Positions 34,908 through 46,900 of a DNA stretch of 64,000 nt are shown here, piece by piece. Each line of letters opens with the position of its first letter. Within the stretch, counting starts at the first letter, position 1. The notes below the pieces were generated by a model that was not told where the DNA came from, did no database searches, and saw nothing but the letters and a program-made list of their open reading frames with translations. Source of the stretch: Pocillopora damicornis. Taxonomy: Eukaryota. The position numbers were made by a program, and so were the translations under genes. The DNA is taken from contig NW_020844332.1 in NCBI RefSeq assembly GCF_003704095.1, positions 186,001 through 250,000 on the forward strand. Direction: 5' to 3'.

Positions 34908-37900
34908 ATGTCCTATGAACCACCAGTTCTTTCAAGGAAGCATGCCTCTACTGATGCAAAACCTCCCGAAAACAACAGTCGTTTACAATCACGTCCTAGC
35001 TATGGAGAGAAGCCAGGCATGTATAATGCATATTTGCACTTCGTAAACCGGCTCGAAATCCGATGATTTTTGAAAAATCGTCGTGTCAGTCTCTCTACCA
35101 TTGTAATGAGTTTTCTTTGCCTCAGTAGTGAACGGTGTGTCGAGACCACTGGGCCGATCTGAAGAGAATGTTCAGCGAGAAGATTTCAAACTTTTGATTG
35201 ATCCCGCCATAAAGAAAGGACATGCTAAAATCTATCGATACGGTGGAGTCTTTCCAGGGGTAAGCAGAGCGACTGTGTACGAAAGTGCCTTGATCTTGCA
35301 CCTTGTTGTACACACTAGCGTTGAAGTTTTCTAAACTTGTTTTACTTCTTCCAGCAACCGCCGGTTGTCCCAAAGGATCCTCGCTCCAGGAGGAAAAGAA
35401 TATGGACCCACAACAAAGCCGATTTACCTGTTCCTAATTTCAAGGTTTGTTTAGGAGTCATTTACTGAGAGAGATCTTTCCACGAGGTTTTAGAGCATCT
35501 TTGTAATCAATTTGTGATCAATTTACCGATAGGGCATTATTGTTTTTGCCTGGCCAATTTTAATTTAAAAACGATTGCCACTTCTAATTTTAGAACTTAT
35601 TGTTTGTGGTGATTCCCTCTTGATTAGGTGGACAAATGGTATGTGGGAATTCCTCCGCAACGTGAAGTTCTGTTTTCGGGATTGAATGATAACGTGGATA
35701 AGAAATTTCTACAAGAAATTTGCGAACGTTATGGACGAATCGAGGCCATCAAAATATATTATGATCCACAAACAAAAAAACACACCGGAAAGGGTCGTGT
35801 GACTTTTGAAACCACTACCGCTGCTAAAATGGCAGTTTCTAAGCTAGACCATACTTCTGTAATGGGGAACATCATAAAGGCTCATATGGAAATCGGCATC
35901 AAAGGTAATCTACTGCACGCGATAAAGTCGTATTATCTGACAAAATTTATCAGCTGTAGAGTTGAATGTTTTTTTTTTGACGTGTTAACATTAATTACGT
36001 TTAATGTTATTGTTTTCCGGTGACAGTTGTACATTTCAATCCATCGTACTCGAGTGCATTATGGGAGAGTTCGTGACATTTCATGCTGCTATTTGGGTGT
36101 TTGATTTTGTAATGTGTTTTTAAGGGAAAACAGAGAGATCATTGTATTACCACAGATCAATTTTGAGTAAAAAGGTTTAAAATAGGATTAACTGCTTCTA
36201 ATCCCAATTCCATGGCTCAAGCAGTGACTGTAAGAATAAAGTACAAGGTATTCGAAGGTCTCAAAGCTGATAAACGAACTACGTCATGTTAACTAAGATG
36301 TAACTGGTGATATCAATTAAATCAGGTCAAATTTTTGTTTACCTTTCCTCTTTCTGTGAGTGATGTCTGTTTCTTTTTCTCCTTCTTCATCACATTTCGT
36401 CATGAGTAGTATTTGAAGTTAATTTTTGACCACTGAAAGTTAGAAATTGTTATCATATCTAACACAAGATATTTGAGTTTGTATTTTAGAATTATGTGGT
36501 AGTTTTTTGTTTAATTTTAACAACTGTGCTAATTTAGAAGCTTTACAGATACTGTCTTGTACTGTCAGAGAGGGTTTAGAACACAGGAGAAAATTTCATA
36601 TGATGTTCTTGTCAGACATTACCCTTTGACTCCTTGCATCTAATTTCCCCTTTCAATTTTACCCCTTAATCACACATTAAGGCTGGGAGATCATCAGCTT
36701 TAGAAGCTCTTAAGTATCAAACAAATTCTCCCTGTCAGCACCTTAGTAAATGTATTGAGAAAAGTTTGGAGAATATGCATACACATGTAAAGTTGTGAAG
36801 GGTTAAAACCTTGTGGGATGTGCAACACACACTTTTGTTCATACAAGAATTGTAATTAGCCAGTAATTTGAACTTGTGTGTTAAAGGGAGTAGGGCTTAA
36901 CTCTCATGAGTGACCAAGACAGAATTTCTCCTTTCATTACCAATACAATATCAAGCGGACAAGTAATGAGAAAGAAGAACAAACAAAGCAATTAGGGTAT
37001 CACTAGTTGATCCAATTCCCAATTTTCCAAATAGAAATCATATGAATTATTTTGCAGACAGTGAGGGGAATTGTTAATGAGACCTTTGGGAGTAAAAGGG
37101 TTAATCCTTTCACTCCCATGATGTCTTTAGTAATTCTCCTTACTGTCTGCGATACATTGCTTATAATTTTAGTTTGGAGAATTTGGTATTGAATCAAATG
37201 ATAATCCACTAATGGATGTTTTTTCTTTATTCTCATCACTTGTTTACTTGAGATTGTATTGATGTTATAAGGAGAAATTCTGTCTTAGTCACTACTAGGA
37301 GTGAAAGTTAAAAGAGTCTAACATGAAATTTGATCCATTTCTATATGTTATGAAGACTTAAGGCTGTAGTCTGTGAACTGCGAATGATTTCCCAGCATAG
37401 ATCATAAAACCAAAGAAATTATTTGATGATGTCAGTATTGACTCGATAGAATTTATTTTTTTGGGAGGGGGAGGGGGGTAAGATTGTGAACAAAGACAAC
37501 CAGAGTAAAGAAGAACTCTTCATGAGTCCATAAATTCATTTCTATGATGCTTTATTTGTCAAATTTAACCTTTACACTTCCAAGATCTTAATAGTAATTT
37601 CCTTACTGTCTGACAGGCATTGCAACCAGAGTTAGTTCTGAGGATTTGGTATTTAACCCTTTAACTCCCAAGATCTGATTGTTAAATCTTCCTTCTACAC
37701 GCTACCCATTTCCTTGTAAATTTAGTTCTGAGAATTTTGTGTAAGATCAAGTTAACAACTTCTACCTGATAAGTTTGTATATTCTCATTATCTGTTTGTT
37801 GGATAATTTAAAGATATTAAAGGGAGAAGTTTCTTGTTGATCACTTCTAGGAGTTAAAGGGTTAATCAATAAGGAGCCAATAGTTGATAGGTTTCTTGGT

Positions 37901-40900
37901 ACTTATCACCTGTTTGATTTACAGTACATCCTTTCTGAAAGGAGAAATTACTTTTTGGTCACTCCTGGTTGTGAAGTAGTTAAAATAGGTAACCCTTTAA
38001 CTCCCAGAAGTGATTCCATACATTATTCAACAAACAGGTGACGAGATTACTCAAATTTATCAGGTACAAGATATTATCTTGATTGAACAGCAAATTCTCG
38101 TGACCAATTTAAAAGGAAATTTGTAGCAGTTAGAAGAGAGAAGTAACAATTTTTACTTTTCTGATTTCAGGACATGAAGTTCATGGCAAACACCCACCTG
38201 CCAGACGGAACTCAGGTCACGATAGTTACTCTTCAGCACACATCCCTACTCCATCTCCTTCCGTAATATCACAGTCATCTACAGATAGTTCAGTGCTATC
38301 ACCTTCACTCATGATGAGGAAAAGCCCTGCAACATCTGTACGACTACAAGGAGATACCCGGGCAAAGTCACTTTCTGCATCTTGGGATGGAACCTCACCA
38401 GCTGTCAAAAAATTAGCTCAAAGTGGATCAGCTTTCTTGTCTCCTCAAAGAGTATCGTCTGCACAGTCTACATTTGAACCTGTCTCACCACCCCATGTTT
38501 TCCACAGAAATGATGAACCCCCACCTCCCCCACCGCCATCATCAAATCCACCTCCTCCACCAGTGGAGAGAGTATCCTCAAAGGAGCCCCCACCACCACC
38601 CCCTAAAGAGAAATCGGATCAGTCTTCCTCTTGCTTAAATTATGAAGACATCTCTCCAGATCCTGTGTTTTCTCCTGGTAGAGATGAAGAACGATCAGTG
38701 CCTATTCACAAAGGCAAGGACGACAATGCAAAAACAACAAATAAACTAATTGAATCATTCAGAAGGGAGTCAATGCGTACTTCTTCACCTCCTAGCAAAA
38801 TTCGATCACCCAGAATTGACAGAAGTGAAAGCTACTCAAAGTGGGAAAAAAGGAAACAGATGGAACGGGAAGAGAGACACAGAGACAAACACAGGGACCT
38901 TGACAGGCTTGGGGAATCGTATGATAGGGAACATGTGTACAAGGAGGATCGTAGGTTTGATAAGTATGGAGATTACCGACATAAGAGAGATGATTATTTT
39001 GAGAAGAAGGTTGATCGCAGAGACAATTACAGATGGGATGATTATGACAGGAGCAGAAGTGGAGGCCGCTGGGAGAAAGATGAACACAAGTATAGAAAAG
39101 ATAGGTATAGCACAAGTCCAAGGAGAGGGGATGATCGTAGATGGGCAGAGGCAAGACCACGGGATCCTAGACTGCGGGACAGAGATAGTGAGATTGGTGA
39201 GGTGCTAAGTAAAAATGCAAGACATAATGAAAGAGATAAAGATGGACTTAATGGGGAAGATGACCACAGTCGTGATTTGAGATCACGAGGAAGAAATCAG
39301 GAAACTTCTGATACTCACATAAGAGACAAGAGAGCAAAAGAATGGCCCAATGAAGTGGGAAGCTCAGATGCGAGAACCATCGAAAGTAAGGAACATAGGC
39401 TGATTGATGGTGATATTAAAGGTTCAGGCAAAGACAGAGAAAATACATCAACTGATCTCAAAATCAGGGATCCCAGACTGAAAGACAAAGATAATGATCA
39501 TGAAAATATTTCTCAGTGCGATTCTGCTCTAAACCTTACCAGCCAGGAAGGTGTTGATCCTCAATCAAAAAATAATGTTGCTGATGAAAAAGACAAGAAA
39601 TTAAAATCAGATTCAAAAATTACTGAAAGTGATGCAAAAGCAGCAACTGCTGCTGAGATTATTTCATCTGTAGTAGCTTGTACTTCACTAAAGGAAACAA
39701 AAGCTGTACACAGATATGCTGAGGATGCATATACAGTTGGTGTGGAAGCTTGCTCTGATGAAGAACCCTTACCTCCTGGAGATGAACGTGATGTTGCTCA
39801 TGAAGTTCAGCTAGACATAAATAGAAGTAAAATCAAAGCCGCTCAGAATGCTGTGAAGAAGCGGAAACTTTCAGAAACTGTCTCAGATGAAAACCAGAGC
39901 AATGGAGCTAAAGCGAAAAAGATACAAATAGTCTTGAAAAGCGTTCAGCTTACTGCTGCAGACTCTAAAATGGATACTCCTGAGAACCTGAATCATTCAC
40001 TCGTTGATGAGGAATATGGAGATGAGGAGGTCAGTGGTTGGAGGACAGTGTCTTTTTCCAGTGATAAGTCAACACCTGAAGTGGCAGCTGATGTTGCAGT
40101 ATCTTCAGAGTCAGGAGCCACCCTATTACAGGAGAAGAACTTACCACTTACAGAGGACATATCCCCCTTTAACTCTCCAGCTATTGAAAGAACAGGCCAT
40201 GCGGAATGCAATGAGTCCCCTGTCCATGTGTCGGCAGAACCAGCTGCACATGACATTTACTCTGACATTGAAGGAAATGATGAGGATGACAATGAGGGTG
40301 AAGATGCGAACAAAGATAGAGATGATGATGCTATGTCATTATCATCCATTAGCTCAAATGAAGACACTTTAGAAGTGACTGAACCTGAGAGCAAACCTCT
40401 CCCCAAATCAAAAGGTATCACTGTTCCACCTCCAAATGTTGTCTTCCCACCTTACCCCCCTCCAATGTTCAATCCCACCATACCACCCCCTCCATTCTTC
40501 AACCCCAGAGTACCCCCTCCACCCATAGGTCCTGTTACTGTTCCTCCCCCTCCCCTCCCTGTCCCTGGTGCTGTCCCACATCCCAACATGCGTCCTCCAC
40601 TACCTCCTGCAAGACCCATTCTACCTCCAGTTGTGCTGCCACCTTCTGGCCCACCTATTCCAGTGCCACCTCCAGCCATACCTCGTTCTGGATTCTATGA
40701 CACTCGGAGAGCACCTCAGTTCCCTAATGCTGGTTTTCCTAACAGTGGAAGTTATGGTTTTCCCAAAGTAGAGCAGAAAAAGACAAGAAGAGCTTTGATC
40801 ATTGATGAAGTTTATAGAAAAATTTGTGTTGAACTGGATGCTGTTCTCAAGAGAGATATCTTTAAGAAACTTGTGGAGGCATCTGCATTCAAAGCTTTGG

Positions 40901-43900
40901 AATCTTGGTGGGATAATCAGACCAAACCAAAGGTATGTTGCTTGTGGCTGCTTAAAGTTCTTGTAGTTAGTAGTTAAGTTAACTTCTTTTGCTAGCCATT
41001 GTCATGATTTCAGCCACTATTTAAGGTAGTATTTTGCCCTTTTTAGCCTTTTGAACTTTAGAATAAAATCTTTAAGGTTCTTTGAGATGAGCCACAACTG
41101 AATGGATATTTCATCTAAAGTAAAGGCTGTAACAAATTTATTTAAGATACATCCAATTGCTCAGGTGATTATCAGACTGAGGACCACTGGATTTTCTTTT
41201 ATTTTACATGTAACACCTTTAAAAACATTAATAATTTTGGCATTGGTCAGTTTGAAGGACAGTATTCAGTTTTGTAACTAACTGTTGCAATTGAAATGAA
41301 GTAATTTTCTGCCAATCAGACAGAGAGCACACATTTTTTTAATCTCCTGAGCAATGATAGTGCTGTTTGACCCTCTAACTCCCAAGATCTGATTGCTAAT
41401 TCTCCCCTGTAGCTGCTACATATTTCCTTGTAAATTAGTTACAAGAATTTGGTGTTCAATTGACAGAGCATCTACTAACTGAGAAGTTTGCGTATTCTCA
41501 TTACCTGTTTGCTGCTTAATGTAGGGAGAAGTTACATGTTAATCACCTTTGAGAGTTAAAGGGTTAATGAAATTGAGTGATAAACTTGATAATGGGTGGT
41601 GGAATTCAGAATGATAATTTTAATGATGATAATGATGACAATGATGACGATGATGGTATTTACTACAGATCCTAAAATACCATTTCCATTAATCAATATT
41701 AGACTGCTTCACCCACAACTGCACCTATCGCAAGAAATCTACAAATGTGCCAAACTCCACCAGCCACAGTTGGTCTTCCATCAAATTCTGGCACCGCAGC
41801 TTCCACAATAGGACCTAGTCCCTTTGAAAGATCTCACAGCATGCTTCTTGGATTGCGTGCCTCACTTCCCAAACTTCCTTCATTTAAAGTGAAACGAGCA
41901 CCAGAGCCTCCAAAGACAGAACAATTGATTAGTTCCTCAAGGAAGCGTAGCAACACGGAATCTTCAGACATCCCCCCGCGAGAGACAAAGAGACGCATTT
42001 TGGATGATGTAGACTCAGAAATGGAGACAGATTTGGAGAACAGCTCTAGTCTGGACAGGCGTCCACGCACCATCAGTAGGCTTGAAGAAGAGGAGCGGAG
42101 CCATTCGCCACTTCAGCTTGATGACAGTTTGGACGTTGCTCCGAAGGCTACAATAGTGAGGAGCAGTGAAGGTAATGGAATTTCTGGAGCAAAAAAGCTG
42201 TCCCGTCATATTAATAACGTGTCCCTGAATACAAGGAACTGTTGTAATTTATGACGGGCACAGAGTAAGTACAGTGCATACAGAGGTCCTTTCCTCAAAC
42301 TCGCCTTGTGGATTGCAGGAAACATACAATTTTCGTGAGAATGTATGTTTGCTTTTTTCCTGAGAACTAAATGATACAGGCTAATTGAGTATTATCACCT
42401 GAGTTGATAACTTGAATTACTCATCGTAAAGAGTTTAAAAGCTGACGTTTCGAGCGTCAGCCCTTCGTCAGAGCGAATCGGAAAGGCTAACGCTCAAAAC
42501 GTCAACTTTGTTACATTTTCCAATGGCCAATTTACGTTATCAACTCAGTTGATAATGGTAACTTACCCTGTTATACTCTCCCACCGACGTAGCACCACAG
42601 TTTCTTTACAAACTCACCTCCTCTCTTCATATCCAATTGTTAGATTGATTTGGAACGAATGTTCTTCATACTTGAACCATGAAAATTGTATTTCACTTCA
42701 TTTAGATGTTTGAAATTTGATTGACGTTTGAAAATGCTAATACCTGAAATCTTACTTTTTCCTTTTTTGACCTAAAAAAAGTGCTCTTAATGCTTACTTT
42801 TGTGTTTTTCTTTTCTCAAGCTGATGAGCGACGACCAAGCACAGGCTCGTCATTGTACCATACATTGTACTCCAGTAGTAGCAACAGCAGTGAGTCAGGC
42901 AGCGACGAGAGTGAGTCTGATGGTGAAGATGAAGAAGAAGAGGTGGAAAGCGGAGAGGGCTCTGGGGATGAGAGCGAAAGTGAAAGTGAAGAGGAAACTG
43001 AATCAGAAAGTGAAGATGACACTAGGCAAGTCATTGACAAAGAACAACAAGAGCTTGAAGTGAACATGGGTGTGGAGCAGGAAATTGATAAAGACTCGAA
43101 AATGGAAGTAGTTCACATGGAGAAACATCAAGGTAACGGGACAGAATGGTTCTTTTCAAACAGAAGTCTTGAAATTTGTTTTATTGGCACTTATTTGCTT
43201 TAAGTAACAAATAGATTCAATGTTGCCGCGCTTCTGTACAGTAAGAGATCACAGAAGATGTGAATTTGTGGTAAGAACAAAAAAGTGACACTGATGTTCT
43301 GACAATATTTTGACGTTTTTCTGTGATCTACTACTGTACAGAGCCACAGCAACACGGATTCTATTCGTTTAATAAGATAAAAAAGCAAAATGATGTTAAT
43401 GATGATGTCATCTAGCGATCACAGATGACTTCATCTCTGGTATGAACCAATCAAAAGGCGCGTAGACGATCACTTTTTACACGTTCTTGAATCTTGAGGT
43501 CTCAAAAACAATTATTAATTTTGATAACAGATATTCTTAATGCCGCATACTGTCCTGCTTTTCTCTTGATAGATGATGTCTTTATAGAAGATCAGGAATC
43601 CTCAAACGAAATGTTGTCTAACTCGATGAACGCTGAGGAAACTAGGGAACCAGAGTCTTTCAGTTTTAAGAGTGGAGAGATATTAAAAACAAATGAGCTA
43701 GAGACTGTCTCAAAAGGAATGAATTACAAGGTGGGAGAATCTGCACCTACCGAGACGTATCGCTCTTTCCACATCGCTCACATTGTGCCTGATTTGTTCA
43801 AAAATGAAGATACGTTGAGCAAAAGCAGAACTTCATCTGTGGAAGAGAAAGACAATTCAAGCGTAAATAGTGGAGAACTTGTAATGAAAGTAGAGCAACC

Positions 43901-46900
43901 GCCGTTGAGAACGTCAGATACTCGAGATACTAGGAATATCGAAGACAGCAGTCATTTCCTCTCGGAAGAAAAAGATATAACTATGAAACAAGGCGATTCA
44001 TTCGAGAAAACGGAGGTTAAAAGTCCATTACGTGCACCTGTGATTGGTTTTCGAGAAAAAGAGACTATTGAACGTGAAAGTTATATGTTTTCCCATGAAG
44101 AGGAACAATTCCCTGAAACGGACCAAAACTTCGATTATTCGGAGGAAAGAATGCCTTTACTTTCCCCTGACAAACCATTGGCTGTTTCGCTTGTTGAACT
44201 TGATCACCCGTATGGATTAACTATCCCAGAGAAACTACCACCAGAGTCAGTAGAAGAAGAAGCTGAATTGTTCAACGACAAAAATATCATAGACACTCCC
44301 CTCCCTGAGGACAGACGACTCGCTGAGTCTCCTATCGTTGACGTAGTGACTATTAACTCGACATTATCCTTGCTGCCTGAACTTACCTCTCCTAAGCCCC
44401 AGTTTCCCGTGCGGTCATTTGAAGCCGATGATGAGCTTGTGTACGAATTTCAGAGAGTGGGCATCGACGCAGAAGACTGTTATTATCTTAAAGTTGGTTT
44501 TGAACAGCTTCAACAGGTTGGATCTGATTCAGTCGTGGACGCACACTGGAGTAGTCACCCACATATCCTTTTTAACTAAATTCAGTATAACTGTAACTAA
44601 AGCAGTTTTTTTTTTAATTCAATGTCGAAGGTAATCCGGGAACGCTTCGGTTTTGTTTAGCAACGCTTTGAAAACTCCTGCCACCCTCTTAACCAATCAG
44701 ATGCTAGGCGAGAAACCTATTGCAATTTAAGTCACCCGCGTTTTCCCGCGCTTTTTTTTACTGAGATGTTATTGGTCCCTTTTGTTAATTACTTTGTTCT
44801 GAGTAGACGCTGTGATCCCGACACTCAGTTTAGACGCGCTCAATTGGGTCTTGCCTTAGACATTTTCGGATGCATTAACTTAAAAGCATTAAATGAATTT
44901 TTGGAACTGAGTAGAAACCAACTCAGCGGGAACACATGGGTCAAAGCGTGCGCCAGAGGATCAATTTTTGCCGCCCGCGCGCCAATTTCCCGCTCAAAAT
45001 TACCATGGAAAGCAAAAGAAACAACCGCTGTCTCGCAAAATGACGGAAAGAAAAAACGAAACGAAAGTAAGGGAAAGGCGGGAAAACTCGAGACTTGACG
45101 AACACATAGCTTATTCATGTACAAGTAACCTGATTATTTGCCATTTTGTTTTGGGCTTTACCAAAAATGTTCTACGCCTCTAAAACACGGTGTCTCACTG
45201 GCCTGTTTGGTTTTTTGTAACTCGTGTGAGACAACTTGACACTTTTTTTGCGCTCTGGGCCGTCTTCATGTGTTAACTCTGAGCTCGTATTAGCTGCTTC
45301 TTTTGTTCCTTTTTGAGCTGAATAGTCGTTTTGTTCAAGTTTGTGTTGATTTTAAGCCGCTTGTTAGAAAAGTGCTCTGTAAGAGTACTGGCATTTTCTT
45401 TAACCAACCTCACCGACCGCTCAAAGTGTAACAAAAGGACGTCGAAAACTGAAAACAGAACACGGTGTACGTGTACATGTGACTGGATGTGCCCGAGCGG
45501 AAGGCTTTTACAAGATTGACATCAAAGAAAAGGCTAAATATCTACAAGCTCAGAGAAGACAGCTACAGTGTCAGGCCAACGTTACGGTTGAGGAACAGGT
45601 ACTCCTACTCTCTCGTTACTTTTAGCCCGCGGTGTTAAAGAGCGCTTTTAATTCAACTAATTCATTCTTGTTTTTCCCTTTACCATGTTCCCGCCAATAG
45701 CGTAGCTCCATTTTCTGCGTACAAACACAGACACACAACCTATAATTCCTTCACCCCTCCGATGAAGAGCTAACACTCGAAACGTCAGCTTTTAAACTGT
45801 TTACAGTGGCTAATTTACGTTATCAACTCAGTTGATAATACCAAATTACCAGGTCATACTCTCCCACCGACGCAGCGCCACAGTTTCTTTAGAAACTTAC
45901 TTACCCCCTTTAATCATTGACTCTCATTCGTCGGGCTATAGTTAAACCCTTTCACTCCTAAGATCTGATTGTTGATTCTCCCCTTTAGCTGCTGCACATT
46001 TTCTTGATTAGTTACGAGAATTTGGTGTTAGAATAAGCTTACAACTTTTACCTGATAAGTTTTCGTATTCTCATTACCTGTTTGCTGTATAATGTATAGA
46101 AGTTGCATGTGAATCACTTCTGGGGGTTGAAGGATATAGACAATGTTTTAACAAATTTCCCGATGTCTTCCTACTAGAGTCATGTTACGATCGCTCGGCC
46201 ACTGTAGTGCACGTTTTCTCGCGCATAATACTGTTCACGTGTGTTTGCTCACTGGATCATTTACCTTTGTTATGATTTGTCGTCGTCATTGCTTTGGTTA
46301 TTGTTTCCCAACACTTAAACGAGAAGCCTCGAGCTGCGTAATGAAAAGCTGACATTTATACGGTTGTGGTGCCAACGTGCTTCTTGTTTGTTTTGACGTC
46401 TGTTCCTTTAGCTTCTATACATGCCATCATCCAAAATAGTGAATCGCATCGTCTAAGGAACGCTTTAGTGATAAACTTTTTTTTTTGCCGTTATCCTCAG
46501 AAAACAGACGGCAACAAGGCTAAACAACAGTCACGTGAACACAGAGCGATACAAAGAAGATTACAGTCAGCGGTGTGTAATGAGGAATTTGGTGACTTGC
46601 TCAAGTTTAATCAGCTCATGGTAAGAAATACGTAACTAACACTTCAAGCATGTGGTTTCTGAACCATGCATCTCCTATTAATTTTACTGAACGCTCAAAA
46701 AACGGCCCCTATTGCGATGACTTAGTGAAAACTTAAAAATTGGAAACTCCTTAACATGTAGTTTTTTTTTATTGCAAGTAGCCTTGTATTTTTCAACACC
46801 TTAAAATTAGTCGCTGCAGTTTTTCTCTGATAGCTTTCCTTTGGATTCAAACCTCGGAAAAAAAAAGATATAAAATTTTAGCCTGTTACCTCTTTCAGTG

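Noticed and set aside
36125-36250. Additional SETD1 exon after the RRM exon
   Set aside because: No convincing phase-1 to phase-1 open exon found; the RRM exon can splice in frame directly to 38171. Not fully excluded.
38423-40771. Overlapping alternative-frame and antisense ORFs in the large SETD1 exon
   Set aside because: Expected shadows of a low-complexity coding sequence; no independent motifs.
41596-41811. Met-rich ORF
   Set aside because: Comes from an intronic (ATG/ATA)n microsatellite and runs out of frame into a SETD1 exon.
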